This document shows, in pieces, positions 38,683-49,009 of a DNA stretch of 64,000 bases. Source of the stretch: an uncultured virus (IMG/VR IMGVR_UViG_3300007511_000006) (lineage: Duplodnaviria; Heunggongvirae; Uroviricota; Caudoviricetes); IMG/VR virus record IMGVR_UViG_3300007511_000006. The stretch is one strand, 5' to 3'. The translations under genes were made by a program, and so were the position numbers. A model generated the notes under the pieces. The model was not told the DNA's origin and made no database searches. It saw nothing but the letters and a program-made list of their open reading frames with translations. How positions within the stretch are numbered: the stretch's first letter is position 1; every line of letters begins with the position of its first letter.

Positions 38683-39275
38683 TACTTGTCTCGGAAGTCT
38701 GAAGGATTATTTTTATCATAGTCATATGCGCGACTATGCTTTTCTAATTTACCAACAGTTTTACTAGCATAATCCTTGGCAATGCCAAGTTCTTTAACTC
38801 TATCTGCCACTGCTCTAGCAACGGCTACTTGGTCCGCTGTTGGTGGATTTGCTTTGGAGGATGATAAGAAGCCTGACAGTAGATTAGCAACATCATCATC
38901 AAATTGCCCTACTACGTCTCTTAAAATATGAAGTAATAACGCAGTAGCGCCGGCTTCTTTTGAAATTAATGCAGGACTTTTGCCTGGTTTTAGGTTTGTT
39001 GTTTTAATTCGACTAATCATATCACTAACATCACGGCCTGCTTTGGTCTGTTGTGTTTCATAATCAGGAATAGACATACCAGTTTGTTTAATAAATTTAT
39101 CATTTACTTCAGTGGCTTGGTTGTTTAACTCTTCGGCGTCTGCTACCTTGCCTTTTTCTTCAAGTTCGCCAGCTTTATCAATTAATTTATTAAATAATTT
39201 AACTTGTCGCTTAAGAATTGCCTGTTTTGCTTTTTCGGCTGCTTTGCTTTCTTGTAGTATGTCTGTAATTTTCAT
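38679..39275 (-). CDS. Putative head-internal protein
   Basis: Starts MKITDILQE. Confidence 0.6.
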   Translation of the reverse strand: MKITDILQESKAAEKAKQAILKRQVKLFNKLIDKAGELEEKGKVADAEELNNQATEVNDKFIKQTGMSIPDYETQQTKAGRDVSDMISRIKTTNLKPGKSPALISKEAGATALLLHILRDVVGQFDDDVANLLSGFLSSSKANPPTADQVAVARAVADRVKELGIAKDYASKTVGKLEKHSRAYDYDKNNPSDFRDKY

Positions 39276-39276
39276 T

Positions 39277-39906
39277 TTACTTTCTAGCGTTTAACATCTC
39301 ATCACTCATATCACCTATTGTACCACTAGGCTTTTTCGTTTTCTTTGCAACAGATTTTGGTTGTCTTTGGTTAAACTTATCTTGGGCAGCTTTGCTTGTT
39401 GCAGTACCTGCTACGCTTGAAGTTGAAGCACGTGGTAGTACGCTTCTTGCTCTTTTTGGTGTGCTTGTTGCAGTACCTGCTACGCTTGAAGTTGAAGCAC
39501 GTGGTAGTACGCTTCTTGCTCTTTTTGGTGTGCTTGTTTTTGCTTTTGCACTACCAAATTCGCCGGCGGCGTCAGCAGTTTGTCCTGCTTTAACATTTTT
39601 GTTAACTATAGCTGATTTCTTTGCTTTTGCTACTGGTGTACCAGCAAACTCACCTGCATCCATTGGTGTTGGTGTTTTATCAGCGCCCGTTCCGCCAAAT
39701 GCGTCTAAGCCAACATTTCTTTCTCTTTGGGCGGCAACATTTGTATCTCTTGCTAGTGAGCCTGCGGCAATTTTACCAATTGTGCCTCCTACTTTTTCAT
39801 CTTGTCCTTTATTTAATTCTGCTTTATTTTTCTGAACATATTGCTTCACTTTAGCAGTTGCGTCTGATGTGTTTTTTTTGCCAAATACGAATTCATCAAT
39901 TCTCAT
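39277..39906 (-). CDS. Low-complexity basic putative head-internal protein
   Basis: Starts MRIDEF; internal 23-aa duplication. Confidence 0.6.
   Translation of the reverse strand: MRIDEFVFGKKNTSDATAKVKQYVQKNKAELNKGQDEKVGGTIGKIAAGSLARDTNVAAQRERNVGLDAFGGTGADKTPTPMDAGEFAGTPVAKAKKSAIVNKNVKAGQTADAAGEFGSAKAKTSTPKRARSVLPRASTSSVAGTATSTPKRARSVLPRASTSSVAGTATSKAAQDKFNQRQPKSVAKKTKKPSGTIGDMSDEMLNARK
39393..39538. repeat. 69-bp perfect tandem repeat (about 2.1 copies)
   Basis: Unit starts at 39393, 39462 and 39531; encodes TSTPKRARSVLPRASTSSVAGTA. Confidence 0.9.
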
Positions 39907-39918
39907 AATAATTATTCC

Positions 39919-40725
39919 TTATTTTCTATCGTCGTCACTTCGAAAAGCGTTTTGAGATGTTGAAGTATTTGGATTTTTCCAGGATTTCTTACGTTTACCA
40001 TCTCTTACAACAACATCTGAACCTGCTTTACGTGTATCAGGTGATGGTTCAAACAAGTTTCTAAGATCACCGTGTGGGTATTTTAGACGTCTACCATCAG
40101 GTGCCTTATAAGGATATTGTTTATCTAAAGCCATATCTCGCGCCGTTCTCTTAGAACCTTGGGACGTTTTATATTCGCTGTCTTTCATACCGGCATTAGC
40201 CTTGATACGAGCAATAGTATCGTCCAATACACTTGGATCTGAATAGGCTTCTCGATCGCCGGATCCTGCGTCTTGTACCGCACTTGGATCTCCCGCATAG
40301 GCTTCTTGATCTGTTTTTGCTACTGCTGTTCCAGGTGGCGGAGTATTTGGTAATTTGACCGCTACTGCTGTTCCAGGTGGTGGAGTATTTGGTCCTTTGG
40401 CCGCTACTGCTGTTCCAGGTGGTGGAGTATTTGGTAGTGGTGCTTTCTTTGTTTTTACTACTGGTGTACCAGCAAACTCACCTGCATCCATTGGTGTTGA
40501 TGCTTTCTCTGTTTTTGCTACAGCACTTGTAGTTGGGTCGCCTTCGCGAGCTCTTCTTGCTCTGTGCCCGTGCCTGATTTTGTCTGCTATTGGGTCTGTA
40601 GTAAACTTCTTTTTAAGCCAGCCCAATAGACCTCCAGACTGCGTTTCGTCCGAGGAACCACTTTTTTGCGGCCATCTTTCCATAATGAGTTCATCATTCT
40701 CTTTAATAATATCTAAAATTTTCAT
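39919..40725 (-). CDS. Low-complexity putative head-internal protein
   Basis: Starts MKILDIIKE; PNTPPPGTAVA repeats. Confidence 0.6.
   Translation of the reverse strand: MKILDIIKENDELIMERWPQKSGSSDETQSGGLLGWLKKKFTTDPIADKIRHGHRARRAREGDPTTSAVAKTEKASTPMDAGEFAGTPVVKTKKAPLPNTPPPGTAVAAKGPNTPPPGTAVAVKLPNTPPPGTAVAKTDQEAYAGDPSAVQDAGSGDREAYSDPSVLDDTIARIKANAGMKDSEYKTSQGSKRTARDMALDKQYPYKAPDGRRLKYPHGDLRNLFEPSPDTRKAGSDVVVRDGKRKKSWKNPNTSTSQNAFRSDDDRK
40319..40435. repeat. 42-bp-period tandem repeat x3
   Basis: GCTACTGCTGTTCCAGGTGG units at 40319, 40361 and 40403. Confidence 0.9.
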
Positions 40726-40822
40726 AATTATGAAATCCTGTAAATAATGTTTTATATATTTATACGTTAGAGTATTATTTTACATATTCTTTTTTATTAT
40801 TCAGGTGGTGAAGGGAAAGTAA

Positions 40823-42535
40823 TTAGGATGTATGCGGTGATATTTTATTAGTCGACGGCACACCTACAGCATTTTGTAATGCTTCTTCAAACTGGCCTGA
40901 ATCTGCCAAAGCCTTAGCAGAGCCTTGCAATACTCCATTCAACGCAGCTTTTATTTTAGGATCTTGGAATTTTTGCGGAAGCGACTCGACAAAACTAGTC
41001 ATTGATTGAATATTTTCTACTACTTTTGGTCCTTCAGACAACGGCAGACTCAATTTTTCCCAGTTTGCAGTTTCTTTTTCCATTATGCCCTGTAATTTTG
41101 CCGCGGCGCTTGCTACACCACTTGATGATACAGATTCAATAGCATCTGGAAGTAACATGTTCAGTGTAGCATTTAATGACATCTGATTTGCCGCTGTGTT
41201 AGCAATCGTTACACCGGCCGCACCAGGCCCTTCTAAATCCTCTGCGCTGTCGTCTGCAGATGACGTTACTTCAGACCAATCTCCAGTCAGTGCTTGCCCA
41301 ACGTAATCAATTGGTGATCCTGCTCCCAAACCAGTTAACGCATTTTGATATTCTTGCAATGCTTGTTCAAAAGGACTCAACGTAGTAGTGCCGTCTGCGT
41401 TAACAGTTGATCCCATAACTGTTCCCATTACGTCATCAAATTTCATTTCACCATTTGTACCTGAACCACCGCCAAATTGGCTTGCTAATTCAGTCGCCGA
41501 ATCACTTGAAACTTTACTAGTTCCACTCGGAAATCCTGTATTTGCTGGTATATTATCAAATCCTGAAACCACATCTCCTAGATCGGCTATGACTCCGTTA
41601 GATAATGCACCAAAATCTCCAGCAAAATCGCTAACATAATTGCTGAATTCCGAGGTACCAATAGCACCACCTGATGCTTTTTTAAAATCCAAAAACTGCG
41701 AGCCATCAGTAATGCCTGACGCTTTAGTTGTTCCTAAAACTGCTTTCATTTCTGATATGCCTGTCGGTGTGTTAACTTTTTGTAATATACTTGTTGCTTG
41801 GCTGTCTGTTAAAGTATCTAAATCAATACCGCTATCACGAACAGCATTTGAAACTACAGGAGATACCAATGCTGATTCTAACAAAGATGCAGAACTTTGA
41901 TCTAGTGGTAATCCAGCCAATGTGCCAAGTTGTGATGCGGCATTTGCAAATCCAGCGCCTGCTGTTCCAGAACCAGAAGCCATTTGAGCAAATTGCCCTG
42001 CTACTTTACCAAGTTCTGAAGAAACTGTTTCTTTTGCACCTTGCACAGCGTTATGCATTACATCTGCAGATTGTGCTACAGCAGATTCTATCTGTGCAAA
42101 ATTTTCTGTAAATTTTGATAAATCATCTGGTATAAGTTTTTTTACATGATTTTCAACAGATTCTATTAATGTAGAACTACCTAACGATGCCTGCATATTA
42201 TCGGGAACCATTCCACAATCTGCTCCTAATTGATGAATTGCGTTAGCGTGTGTTTGAGCACAACCAAACATTCCTGCTTCTTGCCCAGTTGCTTCAACGT
42301 TAGCCAAATTCCCTATCATTGTAGTAGTAACGGCTATTTTTGATTTAATACCATCAATAAGTGCCTGTGTAGACGCTGGCATTTGTATTGCTCTGTTAGG
42401 ATCGCCGATCGGCTTCAACATTTCCTTTAAGGCTTCTGTTCCTAAACAATTGTCGCCAGTCTGACATCCGCCGGCATCTGCCGCCGCCTTTTCTTTTTCT
42501 CTTTGTTGATTAAAGTCCGGTAGTAAAAAAGACAT
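40823..42535 (-). CDS. Putative baseplate/tail-associated structural protein
   Basis: Gly/Ala/Ser-rich 570 aa directly after the PAAR gene. Confidence 0.45.
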   Translation of the reverse strand: MSFLLPDFNQQREKEKAAADAGGCQTGDNCLGTEALKEMLKPIGDPNRAIQMPASTQALIDGIKSKIAVTTTMIGNLANVEATGQEAGMFGCAQTHANAIHQLGADCGMVPDNMQASLGSSTLIESVENHVKKLIPDDLSKFTENFAQIESAVAQSADVMHNAVQGAKETVSSELGKVAGQFAQMASGSGTAGAGFANAASQLGTLAGLPLDQSSASLLESALVSPVVSNAVRDSGIDLDTLTDSQATSILQKVNTPTGISEMKAVLGTTKASGITDGSQFLDFKKASGGAIGTSEFSNYVSDFAGDFGALSNGVIADLGDVVSGFDNIPANTGFPSGTSKVSSDSATELASQFGGGSGTNGEMKFDDVMGTVMGSTVNADGTTTLSPFEQALQEYQNALTGLGAGSPIDYVGQALTGDWSEVTSSADDSAEDLEGPGAAGVTIANTAANQMSLNATLNMLLPDAIESVSSSGVASAAAKLQGIMEKETANWEKLSLPLSEGPKVVENIQSMTSFVESLPQKFQDPKIKAALNGVLQGSAKALADSGQFEEALQNAVGVPSTNKISPHTS

Positions 42536-42536
42536 A

Positions 42537-42827
42537 TTATGAACCTACTATAACATCAGGACTACCTACTGCCCTAGGGTGTCCGCATGTATCTATATCA
42601 ACATCAGTTCTTAATGCTGGTTTACCTTCAATAATAACTGATTCACATGTAGAAACGGTTAACGCACTACAATGCGATCCGGGATTCGGGCACGGAGCGT
42701 GGGGCGTCACTGACATGTCAGGAACACCTGCTTTCCTTCCGTTTATAAGAACAGACTTTGCACCACCAGTCGCAATGCCACCGGCCGTGTTAGGATCTTT
42801 TTCTCTTTGTGCTTTCCAACCTGACAT
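42537..42827 (-). CDS. PAAR-repeat spike tip protein (gp5.4-like)
   Basis: SVLINGRKA, PHAPC..H, VIIEGKPALR, CGH, GSPDV. Confidence 0.85.
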   Translation of the reverse strand: MSGWKAQREKDPNTAGGIATGGAKSVLINGRKAGVPDMSVTPHAPCPNPGSHCSALTVSTCESVIIEGKPALRTDVDIDTCGHPRAVGSPDVIVGS

Positions 42828-42861
42828 ATAGTTATTTATAACGTATTATAATAACTATTTA

Positions 42862-43152
42862 TTATCCCACACTAATGCCAGTTGTTCCTTGGATATATTG
42901 ATCTGCCATTGGCTTTACTGTTTTGCCGATAACCATACAATGGGATTTGTCTAGTGTGACAGTAGAATCTAACTCCATAGTAAACATAAACTGAGAAATT
43001 CCGACCCCTTGCGGGCCCATTTGTAGAGACATAGGTTTTTCTATTGTGATATGAGTTTCAGTTTCGTCACTAAATCTACCAATAACTTCTTCACCAGATG
43101 TTAATTTAATTGAGATAACATCATTCTTTTTATAATTGACTTCTAATAACAT
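42862..43152 (-). CDS. Sm-like fold phage protein
   Basis: ISIKLTSGEEVIG...Y..GTTGI. Confidence 0.55.
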   Translation of the reverse strand: MLLEVNYKKNDVISIKLTSGEEVIGRFSDETETHITIEKPMSLQMGPQGVGISQFMFTMELDSTVTLDKSHCMVIGKTVKPMADQYIQGTTGISVG

Positions 43153-43750
43153 TTGTACTTTCCTTGAATATTTTTATTGCACTAGTGCATATTAATAAAG
43201 CAATACCTCCGCCTATAACGATATCTGGAATATTGCTTTGTGTAAACATTACCAATAATCCTGCTATAATAATACCAACACTTGATAATGCATCATTTCT
43301 ACAACATATATAAGCACTCTTAAGATTAATATCTTTGTTTCTATAATATAACAATATTACTGCTGATATAATATTTCCTATTAATACAAAAATACCTACA
43401 TAAGTTATAGGGTGTGGATCAGGAACATATCCCGTCATAATGTTATTAAGGACATATACTAATGCCATAATACCAAACGCAAACATTATTATTGATTTGA
43501 CTAACGCTAGTTTGGCTTTTGTTTTTACTGCTGATCCTATAACAACTATACTACTTCCTAATATAAGTGCATCGCCTATATTATGAGCACTATCACTTAA
43601 TAAACTTACTGAATGAGACAATATACCATAATATAACTCTAATCCAAACATAAGTGCATTGATTAAAAAGCATATGATTAGTGCGTTGCGTTCACAGGCT
43701 TGGCATTGATCGACTGGCCGGCACGTATCATCGAGACATAAACGAAACAT
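43130..43750 (-). CDS. Cation diffusion facilitator (CDF) transporter, TM domain only
   Basis: SLLSDSAHNIGDA, NLKSAY..RND, PDIVIG. Confidence 0.8.
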   Translation of the reverse strand: MFRLCLDDTCRPVDQCQACERNALIICFLINALMFGLELYYGILSHSVSLLSDSAHNIGDALILGSSIVVIGSAVKTKAKLALVKSIIMFAFGIMALVYVLNNIMTGYVPDPHPITYVGIFVLIGNIISAVILLYYRNKDINLKSAYICCRNDALSSVGIIIAGLLVMFTQSNIPDIVIGGGIALLICTSAIKIFKESTNVIRSQL

Positions 43751-43983
43751 TATGCAACAAGATCATCAATGGGGTGTGCAATTAATCCGTGAAATCCGCC
43801 TTTAATTAATGTATCGTCTTTATAAATCTGAGGAACAGTTCTAAAACCCTGGCCCAGGATCCATTGCTTTGCTTCTTCGTTTGTATCTAAACTAACTTCT
43901 TTATATTCAATATTGTTTTCTTCTAAATACTTCTTTGCACTAACACAAAAACCACACGTATCTTTACTATATACAGTAATCAT
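43750..43983 (-). CDS. Glutaredoxin
   Basis: CGFC, RTVPQI, GGF. Confidence 0.9.
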   Translation of the reverse strand: MITVYSKDTCGFCVSAKKYLEENNIEYKEVSLDTNEEAKQWILGQGFRTVPQIYKDDTLIKGGFHGLIAHPIDDLVA

Positions 43984-45068
43984 TTATTTAAATACTCCTT
44001 TAAAATTATTGGTTCTTCTCTATTTGGAAAGTAATCTTGTTTCTCTCCTTCTCTATATAAATCTAACGTTAAGCAATGCAAGCCGCCATCCCAGAAATAA
44101 CAATGTCTCCATGGTACATGTACGGGTTCCATTTTATGCTTTTTTAAAAAATCTAATAGATTTTTATTTGTCATACTACTAACACACACATGGCGCTCAT
44201 CTAATACTAAAACGTTAACGTCAAATACACTTTCCTCAACATACCCTACCCATTCATCTAACCAGGTATTAACATAATTTGCAAATTCTGGATTTGAAAC
44301 CGCTTCAGGATGCCACCATTTACCGTTTGTTTTCTGTTTCCAATTAAAAAAATCTCGAATTTTTTCCCAAGATTCATTTTCTATATAACATACATCCCAA
44401 TTTGGAAAGGTTTCATTATAGTCTTGAAAATCAAATACGCTTATAATAGCACCAGGCTTTATTGGATGAAAACATCCATCACTGTGAGAATATGGATTAT
44501 CTAATACATTTATTCGAGTATCTGCAAACATTCTTTTTAAGCCTGCCCAGGGCATACAGCATGTATAATTTATATAAGCATCTTTTCCTAGTAAAAAGAC
44601 ATTTGCACTTGTAGGAGGGTGTTTTTCTATGGAAAAATTTTCTATTTTTAAATAATCATCCGACTCATTTTGAAAATCAAACATATTATGCAATTTATAT
44701 CCGTTTGACTTGAGTCCATTTGTTATATTTAGATTATCAGCATAATTAGTCCATAGTTTATTTCCTATTACTATTTGATTATCTCTTGGTTGTAATGCAT
44801 TTCTAGGGATTTTTACTTCACCTACTTCATTAATATAATTTTCAATTCTATCGGATTTATCAGATGTAGGACGAATAACTTCGCATCCAAAATCTTTTAA
44901 AATTTTTTCATAATTTGATAAGTCTTCGAGTGTTTCTTCTGCAATTCTTTGCAAAGGGTTTCTAACTTTTGCATCTTTGATATTTTCAAAGAAGTCCGGC
45001 CCCCACACGGTGCCAAGCATTACTTTTTTAAGCGGATCCCATTTATTCCAGATGTTACACTCTTTCAT
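43980..45068 (-). CDS. Amidinotransferase family protein
   Basis: WDPLKKVMLG, QPRD, HSDG, FWDGGLHCLT; start set to ATG 45068. Confidence 0.82.
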   Translation of the reverse strand: MKECNIWNKWDPLKKVMLGTVWGPDFFENIKDAKVRNPLQRIAEETLEDLSNYEKILKDFGCEVIRPTSDKSDRIENYINEVGEVKIPRNALQPRDNQIVIGNKLWTNYADNLNITNGLKSNGYKLHNMFDFQNESDDYLKIENFSIEKHPPTSANVFLLGKDAYINYTCCMPWAGLKRMFADTRINVLDNPYSHSDGCFHPIKPGAIISVFDFQDYNETFPNWDVCYIENESWEKIRDFFNWKQKTNGKWWHPEAVSNPEFANYVNTWLDEWVGYVEESVFDVNVLVLDERHVCVSSMTNKNLLDFLKKHKMEPVHVPWRHCYFWDGGLHCLTLDLYREGEKQDYFPNREEPIILKEYLNK

Positions 45069-45081
45069 TAATAAGGCGCCT

Positions 45082-46995
45082 TTAGATTCCACATCCACCC
45101 GCCACACATGCTAGTTCTTGTGAACTGGTGGTCATATCTTGTTCTTCATATTCACTTAGCAATCCCCAATCAACATCTTTGGGCATTTTAGCTAATAACT
45201 CTTTATACTCTTCTTCTGAGCAATCTTGATATGGTGCTTGTCTGTAAGTATGATCGTTAAATGGCAAGAATGAAACTCCTGACATCATATCAAAGTTGTT
45301 ATATACCCATGCACCTACTTCCATCCATTCTGTTTCTTTTACACTAATGGTTACTGATGGTTTGTGTTCGCACCAGTGTTCTTGATATACTTTCCATAAC
45401 TCTAGTTGCTCAATAGCGGTCATGTCTTTACGGTATACACCGTTTTTAGGACCTTTAACTGGGAATGAGAAAACATAAGTATGGTTTGGTTTTGTCACAT
45501 CATCTTCACAAGGAAACCCTGCTTCCTTCATCATCTTAGCAAGTGGATCCTTCTTATCAGCACGAATAGTTCTAATATAATAAGGATTGTGTCTTGCGTG
45601 AATGCCACTTGCACTATCAACTAGTTGACTAACCGTGCCACTTGGTTTTACACAAGTAATAGCGGCTGATTGAGCAATACCTAACTTTGAAGCAATTTCT
45701 TTGTTTGTTGCAACTGCTACTTGTTTAAGTTCTGATAATAATTCCTCAATACCTTTCTTCTTGCCATTCGTAAAAGCATTATCCATAATGCCCGTCAATG
45801 AAACGCCTAATAGTCTTTCTTCTTGGCAGTTATTTTCCCAACGCTTGTTAAGGTATTTAAAGTTAGTAAGTGTTGATTGGAATGTGCCTAAAATTGTAGC
45901 ATTGATAACTTTGTTCTTTAAAGATTCGAGTGTGTCTTCTGGACGAACAACAACTTCAGATAAATTACAAAATTCTTCAGATCTTAAAATAATTTCACTG
46001 CAAGGATTGGTGCCAAAGTTATGCTCTGGATCTCTACGTCCACTTGAAGCGGCAACCTTTTGTGCGGCTTCTCTATTAAAGATACCACGCTCGCCTGATT
46101 TGGAATCATATAATGCTTTCCACTCTTCCATAAAAATACCTACATCTGGTCTTTCTGTATAACAAGCGGAATTGTTTGCTAACGCACGTTGAGTATTGTT
46201 TTCCCACCATTGACCTGCTTTAGCATGTCTCATTCTGTCATCACTTAGGTTGGATAATGAGATAAGTGCTGAGCGGCGAACGCCACCAACTACAACAATT
46301 TCAGCAATCTTACATGTAATGTCGTGACACTCAAGTGATGTTAGTTTACGGCCCGCGGCGTTTTTAAATATATCTATACAAAATCTAAACAAATCTTCCA
46401 ATGGCTCTGGGCCAGAAGCACGACCGCCAAATGTTTTTAATGGTGCGCCTGCTGGGCGAACTCTTGACAAATCCCACTGAGGAATTTGTCCACCATATAG
46501 CAAATGGATAAGTTCTTTAAGTGCCTTTGCCCATCCAAGTTTAGAGTCACTTACCACGATTGTAGTTTCAGTATCATGAAAATCATCTGCAACTCTAGGC
46601 ATCTCGTTAACCATTTGTCTTTCAACACTAAACCCAACGCCTGTTCCATTCATTAAAATATATAAAATCTCATCAAATGCTCTTGGTGTTTCGATAGCAA
46701 CAAATGAACAATTATATCCTGCGATGTTTTCACGTGATAGTGCTTCACCTGCTGTCATAAGACAACGCATTGAAGGCATTATGTCTAAATTTAGAACAGC
46801 ATCTTTTAATTGTATTTTAAGTCCAGTGGGTAATTTGTATTCACATTGCTGTTTTAAATGTTCTTCGAAAAAGTCGAAGTATCTGCTAACTGTTTCTTCC
46901 CATGTTTCTCTGCGTTTAACATCATATCTGTAACGAGAGTATCTTGATAAGTGAATATACTGCTGATATAGAGTGGGTAATTGATGGGCCGCCAT
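45082..46995 (-). CDS. nrdJ: Class II (adenosylcobalamin-dependent) ribonucleotide reductase
   Basis: YNCSF, GTGVGFS, GGVRRSA, TNPCSEI, CVKPSGT, C-terminal CVAGGC; no beta subunit in the window. Confidence 0.88.
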   Translation of the reverse strand: MAAHQLPTLYQQYIHLSRYSRYRYDVKRRETWEETVSRYFDFFEEHLKQQCEYKLPTGLKIQLKDAVLNLDIMPSMRCLMTAGEALSRENIAGYNCSFVAIETPRAFDEILYILMNGTGVGFSVERQMVNEMPRVADDFHDTETTIVVSDSKLGWAKALKELIHLLYGGQIPQWDLSRVRPAGAPLKTFGGRASGPEPLEDLFRFCIDIFKNAAGRKLTSLECHDITCKIAEIVVVGGVRRSALISLSNLSDDRMRHAKAGQWWENNTQRALANNSACYTERPDVGIFMEEWKALYDSKSGERGIFNREAAQKVAASSGRRDPEHNFGTNPCSEIILRSEEFCNLSEVVVRPEDTLESLKNKVINATILGTFQSTLTNFKYLNKRWENNCQEERLLGVSLTGIMDNAFTNGKKKGIEELLSELKQVAVATNKEIASKLGIAQSAAITCVKPSGTVSQLVDSASGIHARHNPYYIRTIRADKKDPLAKMMKEAGFPCEDDVTKPNHTYVFSFPVKGPKNGVYRKDMTAIEQLELWKVYQEHWCEHKPSVTISVKETEWMEVGAWVYNNFDMMSGVSFLPFNDHTYRQAPYQDCSEEEYKELLAKMPKDVDWGLLSEYEEQDMTTSSQELACVAGGCGI

Positions 46996-47022
46996 TTATT
47001 GATTCCTTTATTCTGTTATAAC

Positions 47023-47051
47023 ATTATACAACAAAAGTGCTAAGATGTCAC
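47023..47051 (-). promoter_or_regulatory. Sigma70-like promoter for nrdJ
   Basis: GTGACA-N17-TATAAT on the minus strand. Confidence 0.65.
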
Positions 47052-47161
47052 GAATTTTTGTATTAATAATGTATATATCGTAATCACGATATTAAATGTA
47101 TTTAAATGGTCTGTTAGAAAATTATGTAGGTAGTTAAACGTGTTTCTAGGTACACTATAGG

Positions 47162-48994
47162 CTATGAATGTAAATATTCTATATAATATACAAGTGTTGC
47201 GGCCGAACCAGTACTGGTAGTAGTATATCGCATTGTTGCTGTACCAGCACTGTGCGTTACTGTAAATGTAACACCAGTTGCTCCAGTTTGAGTAATAGAA
47301 TCTGTTACAGTAGAAGCACCTGATTTAATTGCTATGCTAAGTTCGCCAACTTGTGATTCAGTACCTCTTGTTATACTATAATACATTTTTACATATTTAA
47401 CTTCCGACTCAAGGAAAGTAATACCAGTAGACGTGGCTGTTTGATTGTCTAGTAATGACAGTTGATTACTAATAGTATGCTCTCTTCTACCAAATAATTC
47501 CTTAGTGTCAGGTATTAATACATATCCGTCAGCGTGATTTAGTTGCACTCTGTCATATGTGCCAACATCACCATCTGTTCTACCAAATTTATCTGATATA
47601 CTTGTGCAATCTGAAACGTTTACGGAGTTAAAATTAATAACATCAGCAACAGCACTAGCAGTAGCATCTGCGTTGCCGTTATTGGCCACGTCAACAAATG
47701 TATTGCCTATAGAATAAATTCCTTGTGCGCGATCAACATCAATTGCTTCATAATCAATATCACGGAATAAAGAACTTGTAATTTTAATACTGTGTGGGCC
47801 TGTGCCTGATGCGGTTGTCTCACCTAACCAAAAACCTTTATACATTGTATCAAAGTTACAGTTATGGAATGATAATCCTTCGATAGCATCATTGGAATAA
47901 ACACCAAGTGGAACACCCTGGAACGAACAAGCATTAAAAACTAAGTTTCTTGTTCTTAGTGCGAGTGTTTCAGATATATTAAAACCGGCCGGTCTGTCAC
48001 TACTATTCAATCCATCAGTACTGTTATATGTGCCAACAAATGCTACATCTTCAAAATAAGAATTTAATGTAGAATCAATTTGAATACAGTCTTGAATTAA
48101 ATGTGTTGAATCAGTAGTTTTAATAGTCATACCTCTAATCACAATATTTTGCGGTTGGGTTGCACTATTATTACCAATATTTGGAGCGGCTTGGCCTTTG
48201 GAGTCAACTGTACGTATAACGCAACTATCATGCCCTGCCGTTTTACTTGACGTAATAGACACGCTGGCAGTTGAATAGCCGGCACCACCACTTACTTGTG
48301 TAAATGATGTAATTGCGCCGTCTGTTATATTTGCTGTAAATGATGCACCAGCACCATCACCTGTAATTGTTACAACAGGGGCAGTAGCATAACCAGCGCC
48401 TGGTGTGGCAACAGTTAATGAACTTACTGCGCCGGCAGTGATAGTCGCTGTGGCTGTTGCATTGGTTTGTGTCTCTTCATATTGTATAATTGTTTTTCCA
48501 GAGCCATCACCGTATAATGTCGCCCAAGTAGGAACTTCTATAGGTGCAGTGACTTTATATACACCTGCAGGGAAATATAAACTTCTGCGGGCCTTTTGTG
48601 TTGTGTCTCTAACAAACAGTTGGTATATTGCTCTTGCAATCGCCGCAGTATCATCTACTGTGCCGTTGCCACTGGCACCAAAGTCCATTATACTTACGTG
48701 GTCATCAAGTCTATCTTGCAATGTTCTAACAATAGGAGCTCCCGCCGTTGCGCCGGTATCTACTGTTGCGCTTGCATTGCCTTCATAAGTAAAATTGATG
48801 AGACCTGCTAAATCACTGTGTTCTGTTAGAATTGCTGTATTGCCAACTACAGGTGCACCAGCACTTAACGGCCCATTACCGATGTATAATTCTCTTGTGT
48901 TGGTTACCCAACCCAATTCAGCATGTGATAACTGTGGAAGATTTTCTGCTAACCCTCTACGATGTTGAATTCTAGAAATTTGTACAATTGCCAT
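47162..48994 (-). CDS. Tail spike/fibre protein with a pectate-lyase-like beta-helix
   Basis: MAIVQISRIQHRRG, DFGASGNGTVDDTAAI, LYFPAGVY. Confidence 0.8.
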   Translation of the reverse strand: MAIVQISRIQHRRGLAENLPQLSHAELGWVTNTRELYIGNGPLSAGAPVVGNTAILTEHSDLAGLINFTYEGNASATVDTGATAGAPIVRTLQDRLDDHVSIMDFGASGNGTVDDTAAIARAIYQLFVRDTTQKARRSLYFPAGVYKVTAPIEVPTWATLYGDGSGKTIIQYEETQTNATATATITAGAVSSLTVATPGAGYATAPVVTITGDGAGASFTANITDGAITSFTQVSGGAGYSTASVSITSSKTAGHDSCVIRTVDSKGQAAPNIGNNSATQPQNIVIRGMTIKTTDSTHLIQDCIQIDSTLNSYFEDVAFVGTYNSTDGLNSSDRPAGFNISETLALRTRNLVFNACSFQGVPLGVYSNDAIEGLSFHNCNFDTMYKGFWLGETTASGTGPHSIKITSSLFRDIDYEAIDVDRAQGIYSIGNTFVDVANNGNADATASAVADVINFNSVNVSDCTSISDKFGRTDGDVGTYDRVQLNHADGYVLIPDTKELFGRREHTISNQLSLLDNQTATSTGITFLESEVKYVKMYYSITRGTESQVGELSIAIKSGASTVTDSITQTGATGVTFTVTHSAGTATMRYTTTSTGSAATLVYYIEYLHS

Positions 48995-49009
48995 ATGTAT
49001 ATTTATACT

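Noticed and set aside
39393..40435. Possible CRISPR array
   Set aside because: Repeats are contiguous, in-frame coding duplications without unique spacers; no cas operon is present, and the nuclease at 50442 is a stand-alone phage-type exonuclease
45701..46162. Long plus-strand ORFs opposite nrdJ and similar antisense ORFs (e.g. 9781, 48405, 51754, 62732)
   Set aside because: Fully antisense to well-supported genes, with no RBS, promoter or motif support
45082..46995. Intein or intron in the ribonucleotide reductase
   Set aside because: The 637-aa ORF is continuous, with no intein terminal motifs or extra length
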